Positions 1-9,934 of a stretch of 64,000 nt of DNA are shown piece after piece. The first letter of the stretch is position 1, and each line of letters opens with the position of its first letter. The position numbers were made by a program, and so were the translations under genes. Source of the stretch: Parcubacteria bacterium GBS-2 (GTDB lineage Bacteria; Patescibacteriota; Minisyncoccia; Minisyncoccales; GBS-2); contig LEKP01000002.1 of the NCBI GenBank assembly GCA_001443025.1, forward strand, positions 28,429 through 92,428, read 5' to 3'. The notes beneath the pieces are model-generated. The model was given only the letters and a program-made list of their open reading frames with translations, did no database searches and had not been told where the DNA came from.

Positions 1-613
1 ATTTTTCAGTGAAAAAGGATTCAAGCCTAGAAAACCTAAATTTGCCAGAGAAAATATTCTGCAAGAACTTATTCCTGAATTGCCAGGGATTTATGAAGGA
101 ATTGTATTTTATCAATTAGGACCAAAACTCCACCGTTGTTTCAAGGAAAAATTGAAAGGTTTAGCAATTTCTAATAAAACCCTATATTGGGCCCTTAAAA
201 GAAACGAGAAGGTAAAAGTAACTCCGGGGATTAAGTGTCCGATGAAACGCAGAGAATTCAATTGTTTTAATTGTGAAGAAAACCTCTTCTTCGATCCTTG
301 CAAATATTTTGTAGTTCGGCTCATTCAGTGAGAGTTTTTTAACTCTATTTTTTTTGAAATTTTTTAATCCGTGGCTTTTGTATTCTCAACCCAATAACCA
401 TCTTTTTTATTCTCTCTCTTTCTTCTAAAACGGCAGATACTTTAGTTTTTAATTTACAGATTGAGAAAAGAAAGCAAAAATTATTCCTGGAAAAAAATCG
501 CCAAAAGAGTCTTAGATTTTTATCAATTTTACAAAAAGAGAAAAACAACAAAATTTCTCTCTTCTTCACAAGTTTGTGATTTAGGGTAAAATAAAAATTG
601 GAGGTGGATAGAG

Positions 614-1612
614 ATGAGGGGTAGAAAAGTAAGCTTGGAGGAGTGGGAGGAGAGAAAAGTAAGGCTACTAGAATATTTAAAGGAGAACCCGAGAGCTACC
701 AGCAAAGATGTCATCAAGGCAGGGCACGCAAGTGTTCTTTTGAAGGTTTACGGTGGAAGGATAAACGAAGCTAAGGCTGAGGCTGGTGTTCCAAGGGGAA
801 AGAAAAGAAAACTAACTCCCTCAGAATGGGAGGAAAGAAAGAGAAAACTGCTGGAATTTCTCCGTGAAAACCCCGAAGCCACTCGTAGAGAAGCCAGTAA
901 GGCAGGGCATACAGGTGTTCTCTGGAAGATTTACGGTGGAAGGATAAACGAAGCTAAGGCTGAGGCTGGTGTTCTAGTGGAAAGGAAACGAAAACTAACT
1001 TCTTCAGAAAAGGCGAAAGTGAAAATAAGAAAAAGACGCAGATGGGTGTTCAAAAAGGGAAAGAATGAAGTAAGAGAGATTATCACTGAAATATTGAAAA
1101 GATGGAAAATTGAAGAAGAGTATATTGAAGAAATTGCAGAGAGTGCTATAGCTCACTTCCAAAAAGTGAAAGAAGTACTACTCAAAGGAAGAGGGGTTAT
1201 AAAAGTCAGTGAAGTATGTTGCTACCTTGCTTGTCGCCAATTAGGAATACCAGTTCCTTCCAAACCTCCTCGCAAGATATACCTGCAAATCATTGCTGCA
1301 ACAGGTAGCATCATTCCAATTGGTCATCCAGAGAAATATGTACCAATTATCTGCGAAAGGCTGCTTCCCAAAACAGATGCAGAGAAAGTTGCTAAAAAAG
1401 CAACTGGTATCTTAAGTTCCTCAAAGATTTCATTTGTGGGAAAGTCAGAGAAAGTGCTTGCTGCTGCAGCCGTATATCTTGCCGCAAAGGAGCTAAAATA
1501 TCTAATAACTCAAGAGGAGGTAAGCAAAGCAGCTCATACTACTTCAGTCTCTTTGAGAAACACATTGAAAATGCTTAGAAAAACTAACGCACCTTCTTTG
1601 TGTTGTTATTAA
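614..1612 (+). CDS. TFIIB/TFB-like cyclin-core protein with tandem duplicated ~65-aa N-terminal module (no Zn-ribbon)
   Basis: C-terminal ~200 aa align with the archaeal TFB core: VSEVCCYLACRQLGIPV matches SVMAACVYAACRLLKVP, EKYVPIICERL matches TDYVNKFADEL, and GKSEKVLAAAAVYLAAKE...TQEEVSKAAHTTSVSLRNTLKML matches GKSPAGLVAAALYIASLL...TQREVAEVARVTEVTVRNRYKEL. The N-terminus has two near-identical repeats (EEWEERK..LLE.L.ENP.AT...KAGH..VL.K.YGGRINEAKAEAGV). Confidence 0.6.
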   Translation: MRGRKVSLEEWEERKVRLLEYLKENPRATSKDVIKAGHASVLLKVYGGRINEAKAEAGVPRGKKRKLTPSEWEERKRKLLEFLRENPEATRREASKAGHTGVLWKIYGGRINEAKAEAGVLVERKRKLTSSEKAKVKIRKRRRWVFKKGKNEVREIITEILKRWKIEEEYIEEIAESAIAHFQKVKEVLLKGRGVIKVSEVCCYLACRQLGIPVPSKPPRKIYLQIIAATGSIIPIGHPEKYVPIICERLLPKTDAEKVAKKATGILSSSKISFVGKSEKVLAAAAVYLAAKELKYLITQEEVSKAAHTTSVSLRNTLKMLRKTNAPSLCCY

Positions 1613-1619
1613 TTTTTTT

Positions 1620-3008
1620 TCAATATTTTTTCAATTTTTTAATTCTCGGACCTTCTCTTGTGTCTTCAACCCAATAGCCCATTTCTTTAATTTTCATTCT
1701 AATTTCATCTGCCTTTTTGAAATCTCCCATTTTTCGATAATTTTCCCTAATTTCAACTAATTTTTTAATTTCTTTTGGAATTCTTAATTTCTTTACTTTT
1801 TCAAGGCTTAGGCCAAAAATCCTGTCAAAATCCAACAAAAGCTCGTATTTTTCTTGATCTGAGATCCTTTTATCTCCGATTAAATTCCACATTAAAGCCA
1901 ATGCTTTTGGAAGGTTCAAGTCATCATTAATAAACTCCAAAAATTTTCTTTGATAATCTTTTCCCTTACTTCCTAATTTTTTCTCTTTTTTTCCAGATTT
2001 CATTTCTCTTACTTTTTCATGAAGATTCTCTAGAGCATTTTGGCTGGCTTTCAATCCTTCGAAAGTGAAATTTAATTTCGAGCGATAATGAGCTCCCAAA
2101 CAAAAATATCGATAAGAAAGAGGATTAAAACCTCTTTTAATTAAATCTTCTAAAGTATAAATATTTCCAAGGGATTTTGCCATTTTCTTTCCTTCAACTA
2201 GCAGAAATTCACCATGTAACCAATATTTCGCCAAAATTTTTCCAAAAGCAGCTTCTGCTTGAGCGATTTCGTTTGTATGATGGATTAAAATATGGTCTAC
2301 CCCACCGCAATGAATATCAAAAGGAATCCCCAATTCTTTCATTGACATTACCACACATTCTGTATGCCAACCAGGAAACCCCTTTCCCCAGGGAGAATCC
2401 CAAACCATTTCTTTTCTTCCTTTAGCAAACTTCCAAAGAGCAAAGTCAGTCGGGTTTTTCTTTCCAGGAGTCATTTCGATTCTTGCTCCTGGCAAAATTT
2501 TCATTTCCTTTGGCCAAAGTCTTCCATATTTTTTCAATTTTGAAGTATCAAAATAAACTCCATCTTCGATGATGTAAGTGAACCCCTTTTTTTCCAAAAT
2601 TTTTATTAATTCAATTTGATCTTTTATAGTTTCAGTCGCTCTAATCCAAACATCTGGCTCTAAAATGTTTAATCTCCTTAAATCTCTTTTGAATGCTTTT
2701 TCATAAAACCTTGCAATTTCTCTTGCGTTCTTTTTTTCTTTTTTTGCCGCTATCAAAATTTTATCTTCTCCCACATCTTGATCAGAAACTAAATGCCCAA
2801 CATCAGTAATGTTCATTACGTGTTTTACTTTGTAACCGTTATAGATCAAAACTCTTTTTAATATATCCTCAAAAATGTAAGTTCTTAAATTTCCAATGTG
2901 AGCAAACCAATAAACAGTTGGACCACAAGTGTAAATCCCAACTTTTTCATTTTTCAAAGATTTAAATATTTCCTTTTTTCTTGTTAGGGTATTGTAAAGT
3001 TTAATCAT
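1620..3008 (-). CDS. cysS: cysteinyl-tRNA synthetase
   Basis: Class I HIGH motif ([17 protein letters not shown]) and KMSKS motif (KMAKSLGN); 462 aa; bacterial architecture. Confidence 0.95.
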   Translation of the reverse strand: MIKLYNTLTRKKEIFKSLKNEKVGIYTCGPTVYWFAHIGNLRTYIFEDILKRVLIYNGYKVKHVMNITDVGHLVSDQDVGEDKILIAAKKEKKNAREIARFYEKAFKRDLRRLNILEPDVWIRATETIKDQIELIKILEKKGFTYIIEDGVYFDTSKLKKYGRLWPKEMKILPGARIEMTPGKKNPTDFALWKFAKGRKEMVWDSPWGKGFPGWHTECVVMSMKELGIPFDIHCGGVDHILIHHTNEIAQAEAAFGKILAKYWLHGEFLLVEGKKMAKSLGNIYTLEDLIKRGFNPLSYRYFCLGAHYRSKLNFTFEGLKASQNALENLHEKVREMKSGKKEKKLGSKGKDYQRKFLEFINDDLNLPKALALMWNLIGDKRISDQEKYELLLDFDRIFGLSLEKVKKLRIPKEIKKLVEIRENYRKMGDFKKADEIRMKIKEMGYWVEDTREGPRIKKLKKY

Positions 3009-3018
3009 TCCTAATATT

Positions 3019-3855
3019 TTACAATAAATCTAAATACCTTTCACCCCTATCTGGAAAAACCGTGACGACTTTTTTGTACTTTTTACTTAACTTTTTAGCA
3101 GCCAAAAAATTAGCCCCAGAAGAAATTCCAACTAAAAGACCATACTTTTTTGCCAAAACCTTTGTCATTTTTATAGCCTCCTTACTCTTGACCTTAATCA
3201 TTCCATCGATTAAATCAAAATTCAGAATTTTTGGGATTATTCCATCTGAAATTCCTTCAATTCGATGCGATGATTCTGCAGCCTCAACTCCAAATATTTT
3301 TACATTTTTAAACTTTTCTTTTAATGCTTTAGCTACTCCCATCAAGGTTCCTCCTGTCCCAATTCCAGCCACAAATGCATCAACCTTATCAATTTGTCGT
3401 AGTATTTCTTGTCCAGTAGTTTTATAATGAGCCTCGACATTATCTGGATTTTCAAATTGTTTAGGAAGCCAAACTTTCTTGTACTTTTTGGCCAATTTTT
3501 CAGCTACTTCAAATGCTCCTAGAAATCCTTTTTCTTTTGGTGTTAAAATAATCTTTGCTCCGAATACTTTCATCATTTTCTTTTTTTCTCTTCCTAGATT
3601 TTCTGGCATTACCGCAATGAATTTGTATCCTTTTACTGCCGAAATCATAGCAAAAGAAACACCAGTATTTCCTGAAGTAACTTCAATTATAGTATAACCC
3701 GGTTTAAGTTCTTCCCTTTTTTCTGCTTTTTGAACCATGTAATAAGCCATTCTATCTTTGATAGAACCAGAGGGATTAGTTGTCTCAAGTTTAGCGTAAA
3801 TTTCTCCAATTTTTATTAGCGGTGTATTTCCGATTGTGTCCAAAACACTCTTCAT
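3019..3855 (-). CDS. cysK: cysteine synthase / O-acetylserine sulfhydrylase (PLP-dependent)
   Basis: [11 protein letters not shown] lysine motif, TSGNTG, GxGTGGT glycine loop; 278 aa. Confidence 0.9.
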   Translation of the reverse strand: MKSVLDTIGNTPLIKIGEIYAKLETTNPSGSIKDRMAYYMVQKAEKREELKPGYTIIEVTSGNTGVSFAMISAVKGYKFIAVMPENLGREKKKMMKVFGAKIILTPKEKGFLGAFEVAEKLAKKYKKVWLPKQFENPDNVEAHYKTTGQEILRQIDKVDAFVAGIGTGGTLMGVAKALKEKFKNVKIFGVEAAESSHRIEGISDGIIPKILNFDLIDGMIKVKSKEAIKMTKVLAKKYGLLVGISSGANFLAAKKLSKKYKKVVTVFPDRGERYLDLL

Positions 3856-4058
3856 AAAAATAAAAGCCTCTTTTTTGGGAGAGGCTAGGAATTTTGAAAA
3901 ATTATTGATTAATTTTAACTAGCCCCTCCCTAAAAAGAGGCACAACAACATTCACAGTAATTTAAACTAAGAAACTTTTTCATATTTTCATTTTAAAGCC
4001 TTCAAAATTTTTTGTCAAGCCTCCTTTTCAAATTCCCTAGATTTGTTATTATCAAGTA

Positions 4059-4655
4059 ATGAAAAAGATTGATCTAATTTTAAGCATAATAACTGCTGAG
4101 GGAGTGGCAGGGCTTTTTATATGGTTGATCAAAAACACATCTTTAAATTTGCCTTTTTTAAATTGGCTTTTACCAATTTTGTTTCCCTTTTTGGCAGTTT
4201 TTGGAATTTGGCTTGCTGAACTCATTGGAAGAAAATTTCTTTTTGTCTATCAGTTGGCAAAATTTCTTTTGGTTGGAGCTTTCTTTGCAGTTTTTGATTT
4301 AATAATACTAAATTCGTTAATGGTTTATTTTGGGATTACTAAAGAGGAGATTTTAAAATACGCAATTTTTGTCACAATTTCTTTTACGATTGCTACTATC
4401 TTTAAATATTTTGCCAACAAGTATTGGACTTTTGAAAAATTAGAAAAAGAAAGAATGGAAAGAGAGTTTGGAATTTTCTTTGTAGTTACTGCAATTTCAG
4501 GCCTAATCCAAGTTGGAGTTGCTTCTTTGTTATTTAGGTTTTTAATTTTAATTGTGCCTCCTTTGGTTGCCGGAAATGTTGGAAAGATCTTAGGAATAGT
4601 AGTAGCTTCTGCCTGGAACTTCCTTTGCTATAAATTTTTAGTTTTCAAAAAATAA
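4059..4655 (+). CDS. GtrA-like polytopic membrane protein
   Basis: Multiple TM helices and a YFANKYWTFEK GtrA-type motif; upstream of and coupled to dnaX. Confidence 0.55.
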   Translation: MKKIDLILSIITAEGVAGLFIWLIKNTSLNLPFLNWLLPILFPFLAVFGIWLAELIGRKFLFVYQLAKFLLVGAFFAVFDLIILNSLMVYFGITKEEILKYAIFVTISFTIATIFKYFANKYWTFEKLEKERMEREFGIFFVVTAISGLIQVGVASLLFRFLILIVPPLVAGNVGKILGIVVASAWNFLCYKFLVFKK

Positions 4656-4656
4656 T

Positions 4657-5757
4657 ATGCCTCAAGTTTTCTATCGAAAATACAGACCCCAGAGATTTTC
4701 AGAATTTATTGGGCAAGACCACGTTGTAAAAACTCTAACTAATGCAATTTTAATGGGAATGATTTCTCATGCTTATTTGTTTTCCGGACCTAGAGGAACT
4801 GGAAAAACAACCTTAGCTAGAATTTTTGCAAAGGCAGTGAACTGTCAAAATAGAAAAAAGGATGAATTTGAACCTTGTGGTCAATGTACGTCTTGTGTTG
4901 AAATCCAAGAAGGAAAATCAATGGATTTAATTGAAATTGATGCTGCGTCCCATAGAGGAATTGATGAAGTTAGGGAGTTGAGAGATACAATTAGGTTTGT
5001 CCCGACAAAATCAAGATACAAAGTTTATATTATCGACGAGGCTCATCAATTAACAAAAGAAGCGGCAAACGCACTTTTGAAAACTCTTGAAGAACCACCT
5101 CCATTTGTGATTTTTATTTTAGCAACAACAGAACCCCATAAAATGATTCCGACGATTTTATCAAGATGCCAACGGTTCGATTTTTATAAGTTAAGAATGG
5201 AAGAAATTTTAGAAAAATTGGAAAAGATCGCAAAAAACGAAAAAATTAATATTCAAAAAGAAGCATTAGCAGAAATTGCAAGATTAGCCTCTGGTTCAAT
5301 GAGAGATGCAGAATCTCTTTTGGATCAGGTTTTCACTTTCTTTGGAGAAAGAGAAATCAAGATTGAAGACATAAGAAATTTGTTGGGATTAGTCCCAACG
5401 CAATTAGCTATTGAATTTTTTGAATTTTTAATAAAAAAGGATGCTAAAGGAGGAGTAAATTTTTTGAACGAAATTGGAGAAAAAGGAATTGATTTGGAAG
5501 AATTTGCAAAAAACTTTATAGATTATTTGCGAAAAATTCTAGTTTTCAAAATTACTAATTCAATGGACGATGAAATATTTTCAGGTTTCTCAAAAGAGGA
5601 ATTGGAAAAACTAAAAGAACAATCTCAAAAAATTACTGAAACCGAATTAAAAAAAATTATCTCCCTCTTTCTAGATGCTCAAAACAAAATGAGATTTTCT
5701 CCAATTTTGCAATTACCTTTAGAATTGGCAGTGGTTGAAATTTGCGAAAAAACTTGA
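4657..5757 (+). CDS. dnaX: DNA polymerase III subunit gamma/tau (short form)
   Basis: YRPQ.F.E.IGQ N-terminus, Walker A GPRGTGKTT, zinc module CGQCTSC, Walker B IIDEAH, sensor SRCQ; 366 aa. Confidence 0.93.
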   Translation: MPQVFYRKYRPQRFSEFIGQDHVVKTLTNAILMGMISHAYLFSGPRGTGKTTLARIFAKAVNCQNRKKDEFEPCGQCTSCVEIQEGKSMDLIEIDAASHRGIDEVRELRDTIRFVPTKSRYKVYIIDEAHQLTKEAANALLKTLEEPPPFVIFILATTEPHKMIPTILSRCQRFDFYKLRMEEILEKLEKIAKNEKINIQKEALAEIARLASGSMRDAESLLDQVFTFFGEREIKIEDIRNLLGLVPTQLAIEFFEFLIKKDAKGGVNFLNEIGEKGIDLEEFAKNFIDYLRKILVFKITNSMDDEIFSGFSKEELEKLKEQSQKITETELKKIISLFLDAQNKMRFSPILQLPLELAVVEICEKT

Positions 5758-5856
5758 AAATTTTATCTTAAATGTTAAAATAAAAAGATAAGGTAAAGCA
5801 CAAATTTAAACCGAAAAATTACTGGATGGATAGAAAAAATTTGTGAAATTTTACAT

Positions 5857-5929
5857 TGCGGGGTGGTGTAATTGGTAACACACCTGCCTTTGGAGCAGGT
5901 GATTGTAGGTTCGAGGCCTACCCCCGCAG
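5857..5929 (+). tRNA. tRNA-Gln (anticodon UUG)
   Basis: Hand-folded cloverleaf: acceptor TGCGGGG/CCCCGCA, D-arm GTGT..ACAC, anticodon stem CCTGC/GCAGG with loop CTTTGGA (UUG), T-arm GTAGG-TTCGAGG-CCTAC, discriminator G; CCA not encoded. Confidence 0.88.
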
Positions 5930-6268
5930 CATGAAAAAATTTACAAAAAAGAGAACTCCTTCTTTAGGAAAGTCAAGACCAAAAGGGAAAAAGAAAGTTC
6001 CTGACGTTCCAAGGATGTGGCATTTAGCAAAAAGGTTGCAACCAAAACAAATAAAAAAAGATTAATATGGAAGAGAGAGAAAGGCAAAAGAAAATTGTAA
6101 AAGAATTCATGAAAAGATGGGGAGAAGGTTTGAGCTTTATTCAAAACATATTGAAGATTTTAAAATTCCAAGGATCTTGATTAATAGAAATTTGTCTCCA
6201 ATGGAATTTAAAAAACTTTGGAATGAATTGGTTGAAGAAATAAAAAGAGAAAAAACTCAAGAGATTTA

Positions 6269-6718
6269 ATGGCGCTTGAAGAATACTGGAGAAAGAGAAA
6301 ATTTGAAAAAACTCCAGAACCAAAAGGAGAAGTTAAATTTGCTGGAAAAAGTCGCTTTGTCGTTCACGATCATTACGCAGAAAAAGCAGGTCATCACCAC
6401 GATTTTAGATTAGAAATGGAAGGGGTTTTGAAAAGCTGGGCGATTCCAAAATTGGTTCCCGAAGAAAAAGGAGTAAAGAGGTTAGCGGTTCAAGTTGAAG
6501 ATCATCCTATAGACTATATTAATTTCAAAGGGATAATACCAAAAGGAGAATACGGGGCAGGGGAAGTAAAAATTTTTGATAAGGGAAACTATAAATTAAT
6601 TGAAAGAGATGAAAATAAGATTGTCTTTGAACTAAAAGGAAAAAAATTAAAAGGAGTTTATACTTTAGTAAAGTTAAAAGGAAGGAAGAATCAGTGGTTG
6701 ATTTTTAAAGCAAAATGA
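6269..6718 (+). CDS. stand-alone DNA ligase D 3'-phosphoesterase (PE) domain protein
   Basis: RFVVHDHYAEKAGHHHDFRLE...GVLKSWAIPK...RLAVQVEDHPIDY..FKGIIPKGEYGAGEV matches the LigD-PE consensus (rFVvQ.H.A.rLHYDfRLE / vEDHPleY). Confidence 0.85.
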   Translation: MALEEYWRKRKFEKTPEPKGEVKFAGKSRFVVHDHYAEKAGHHHDFRLEMEGVLKSWAIPKLVPEEKGVKRLAVQVEDHPIDYINFKGIIPKGEYGAGEVKIFDKGNYKLIERDENKIVFELKGKKLKGVYTLVKLKGRKNQWLIFKAK

Positions 6719-6998
6719 ATTTTAACGAAAAGGATGTTAGAGCTTTCTATCACCTTTTAAATCAGAAGTAGAAAAAAATTCAAAAAGATTTTAAAAGAGA
6801 AAAATTGTCAAATCGATAGAATGTATGATCTGCCAAGAATTGAAAAAGTCTTGGAATAATGTCTGTCAAAGGAGAAAATACAAAAGAAAGACCTTGGAGG
6901 TTATCTTATTTTATTGACCAACCAAAAAGAATCGAAGACAAAAAATTCCTCCAAAACCTTTTAAAAGGCAAAATTTAATTTTTCACTTTTTCACAGTT

Positions 6999-7715
6999 GT
7001 GAAATTTATGAGAAAGGATAGATTTTTTATCTCCACAAAGATTGGAAAAGGAGAATTGGAAATTTCAGATAAAAAAATTTTTTATCAATTGAAAAACGTT
7101 CTAAGAAAAAAAGTAGGCGATCGAATAATTCTATTTGATGGAACTGGAATTGAGGCTGAAGCTAAAATCAAAAAATTCTCAAAAGATAAAATAAAAGTTG
7201 AAATCTTAAAGATTGAAAGACCTGAAAGAGAACCAAAAATTTTTGTTTCTCTTTTTTGTTCGATTTTAAAGAAAGCAAATTTTGAATTAGTGGTTCAAAA
7301 GTCAACCGAAATTGGAGTAAAAGAGATAGTGCCAATGTTGTGTAAAAATACTGTTAAAACAGGGTTAAATTTTGAAAGATTAAGAAAAATTGCAAAAGAA
7401 GCTGCCGAACAATCAAAAAGAGTTACTTTACCAGAGATTAAAAAAATCTTAACCTTTAGAGAAGCTATTGAGAAAACAAAGGAGTTTGATTTGAAAATCT
7501 TATTTGATGCTTCAGGAAAAAATTTTTCTCTTCCCAAAAACAAGATTCAAAAAATTGCCATTTTCATTGGCCCAGAAGGAGGTTGGGATAAATCAGAAAT
7601 CGAATTGGCAAAAAAAGAAGGTTTTGAAATTTTGAATTTGGGAAAATTAAATTTAAGATCAGAAACTGCTGCAATTTGTGGTAGTTTTTGGGGAGTAAGT
7701 TTTTTGAGTCAGTAG
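6999..7715 (+). CDS. rsmE: 16S rRNA (uracil1498-N3)-methyltransferase
   Basis: RsmE family: ELVVQKSTEIGV, C-terminal GPEGGW...E, and a SPOUT knot; GTG start at 6999 (alternative ATG at 7008). Confidence 0.85.
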   Translation: MKFMRKDRFFISTKIGKGELEISDKKIFYQLKNVLRKKVGDRIILFDGTGIEAEAKIKKFSKDKIKVEILKIERPEREPKIFVSLFCSILKKANFELVVQKSTEIGVKEIVPMLCKNTVKTGLNFERLRKIAKEAAEQSKRVTLPEIKKILTFREAIEKTKEFDLKILFDASGKNFSLPKNKIQKIAIFIGPEGGWDKSEIELAKKEGFEILNLGKLNLRSETAAICGSFWGVSFLSQ

Positions 7716-7716
7716 A

Positions 7717-8913
7717 ATGGTAAAAAAACTAAAGATTTTTTATTTCTTTATTTTTTCTTTTTCACTTACCCTCTCCTTTTTACTTCTTTTTATCGTTTTT
7801 GAAAAGAAAAATTTAAATCCGAGTTTAAAAAATCAAAAATTAGAGGAAATAAATGAAAAAGAAATCGATAAAGAATTAAAAGAGAAAATAGGACAAATGA
7901 TAGTAATCGGATTTAGAGGAACTAAAGTTTCAGAAAATTCACCAATCGTGAGAGCCATTAAGGAATTAAACCTGGGAGGAGTAATCCTTTTTGATTATGA
8001 TATTCCCTCAAAATCCTTTCCCCGTAACATCTTAACTCCAGAGCAAACCAAGAAATTGATTTCAGATCTTCAAAAATTCTCTTCAATACCTTTGTTCATT
8101 GCAGTAGATGCAGAAGGAGGAAAAATAAACCGGTTAAAAGAAAATTATGGCTTTTTAAAAATCCCTTCACATGAAGAATTAGGGAAAATAAACGATCTTA
8201 ATTTTACGAAACAGGAAATTTCAAAACTTTCAAAACAGCTTAAAGATTTAGGTTTTAATGTTAATTTCGCTCCCGTACTTGATTTAAACACCAATCTTCA
8301 AAACCCAATTATTGGAAAGCTAGGGCGTTCTTTTTCTTCCGATCCTGAAATAGTTTTTTCACAGGCGAAGGTTTTTATTAAAGCTCATGTTGAAAATGGG
8401 GTAATTCCAATTGTCAAACACTTTCCAGGGCATGGAAGTTCTTTTTCTGATAGTCATTTAGAGATGGTTGATGTAACAAACAGCTGGGAAGAAGAAGAGT
8501 TAATTCCCTACAAAAAACTCAAAAATGAAAATTTACTTTTTGGAGTAATGGTTGGACATGTTTTCAACAAAAAAATAGACAAAGACTATCCAGCAACTCT
8601 TTCTCCAAAATTTTTACAAGAGATTTTAAGAAAAGAAATAGGTTTTAATGGGGTGATAATTTCAGACGATCTACAAATGGGAGCCATTAAGAAACATTAT
8701 TCTCTTGAAGAGGCAATAATAAAAGCAATAAATGCAGGTTGCGATGTTCTTTTGTTTTCAAATAACATAGAAGAATACGATGAGAACTTGCCTTATAAAG
8801 TATTTGATATTATTTTTCAAGCGGTAAAAGAAGGAAAAATTTCAAAAGAAAGAATTTTTGAAGCTTTTGAAAGAGTGATTAATTTAAAAAAGGAATTCGG
8901 AATAATAAAATGA
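7717..8913 (+). CDS. nagZ: beta-N-acetylhexosaminidase (GH3), peptidoglycan recycling
   Basis: GH3 N-domain motifs: GQMIVIGFRG, GGVILF, AVDAEGG..NRL, KHFPGHG; N-terminal TM/signal. Confidence 0.85.
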   Translation: MVKKLKIFYFFIFSFSLTLSFLLLFIVFEKKNLNPSLKNQKLEEINEKEIDKELKEKIGQMIVIGFRGTKVSENSPIVRAIKELNLGGVILFDYDIPSKSFPRNILTPEQTKKLISDLQKFSSIPLFIAVDAEGGKINRLKENYGFLKIPSHEELGKINDLNFTKQEISKLSKQLKDLGFNVNFAPVLDLNTNLQNPIIGKLGRSFSSDPEIVFSQAKVFIKAHVENGVIPIVKHFPGHGSSFSDSHLEMVDVTNSWEEEELIPYKKLKNENLLFGVMVGHVFNKKIDKDYPATLSPKFLQEILRKEIGFNGVIISDDLQMGAIKKHYSLEEAIIKAINAGCDVLLFSNNIEEYDENLPYKVFDIIFQAVKEGKISKERIFEAFERVINLKKEFGIIK

Positions 8914-9776
8914 AAACTCAAATTATAAGACCATTCGATCCTTGGAAATCTCCTTATTGTACTTGTCCTAAAAAATTTTCTTTAGACCCATATACAGGAT
9001 GTGCGCATAATTGTATTTACTGTTACGCCACCTCTTACATTCCAAATTTTTATTTTCCAAGAAGGAAAAAAGATTTGTTAAAGAAAGTTTTAAAAGATTG
9101 CCAAAAAATTCCAGAAAATTCTTTAATTTCGATTTCAAATTCTTCTGACCCTTATCAACCTTTAGAGGAAAAATATCAAGAGTTTAGAGAGTGTTTAAAA
9201 GTTTTTCAAAATTTCAATTTCAAAATCTTAATCATCACAAAATCGAATTTAGTTTTGAGAGATATTGATCTTTTAAAAAAATTAAAATGTGCAGTAACGA
9301 TAACGATCACAACTTTTAAAAGAGAAATTTTAAAAAAACTAGAACCTGAAACTCCAAATTCAGAAGAAAGATTAAAAGCCTTAAAAATTCTATCAGAAAA
9401 TAAAATTCTTACTGGGTTGAGATTAGATCCGATTTTTCCCTATTTAAATGATGATGAAATTGAAGAAATAGTAAAAAGAGTAAAAGAGGCCGGAGTTTTG
9501 CATATTGTAGCCTCAACTTTTAAACCGAGATTTGATAGTTGGAAAAGACTTGAAAGAACTTTTCCAAAAGTTGCTAAAAAATTATGTTCTCTTTATTTTG
9601 AAAAAGGTCAAAAAATAAAGAATTCTTTCTATTTACCACAACAAATGAGAAGAGAATTAATGGAAAAAGTTTTTGAAATTTGCCAAAAATACCAAATTCC
9701 TTTTTCAACTTGCAGAGAAGGTTTTTTGAATTTAAAAACTTCAAAATCTTGTGATGGAAGTCACTTGATAACTTAG
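8910..9776 (+). CDS. radical SAM protein (SplB/COG1533-like)
   Basis: CAHNCIYCYA CxxxCxxC cluster preceded by LDPYTGC; 4-nt overlap with nagZ. Confidence 0.7.
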   Translation: MKTQIIRPFDPWKSPYCTCPKKFSLDPYTGCAHNCIYCYATSYIPNFYFPRRKKDLLKKVLKDCQKIPENSLISISNSSDPYQPLEEKYQEFRECLKVFQNFNFKILIITKSNLVLRDIDLLKKLKCAVTITITTFKREILKKLEPETPNSEERLKALKILSENKILTGLRLDPIFPYLNDDEIEEIVKRVKEAGVLHIVASTFKPRFDSWKRLERTFPKVAKKLCSLYFEKGQKIKNSFYLPQQMRRELMEKVFEICQKYQIPFSTCREGFLNLKTSKSCDGSHLIT

Positions 9777-9810
9777 TTAAATTTTACACCAGCTTTTTTT
9801 AGAGTAGTAT

Positions 9811-9868
9811 CTTATTCCAATGTTCCTAAGGTCCTTGGAATAATAAATAATATTTTTTGAAATTGGAA
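9811..9868. repeat. intergenic hairpin repeat family, copy 1 (divergent)
   Basis: cttATTCCAAtgttcctaaggtccTTGGAATaataaataatattttttgaaattggaa; related to copies at 26729 and 32838. Confidence 0.5.
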
Positions 9869-9934
9869 TTTTAAATGCTTCTATTGGTAAAGTAAAGGAT
9901 AGGTTGATTAAAAATACTGGTTTGAGTTTCATTT

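Noticed and set aside
2177-3427. Small plus-strand ORFs (2177-2425, 3062-3427) inside cysS and cysK
   Set aside because: Embedded antisense in genes with strong motif support; no independent signals
5856-6065. 69-aa ORF overlapping the tRNA-Gln gene
   Set aside because: Its first 75 nt are the tRNA itself; the remaining sequence is Lys/Arg-rich low-complexity read-through of an A-rich spacer; no RBS
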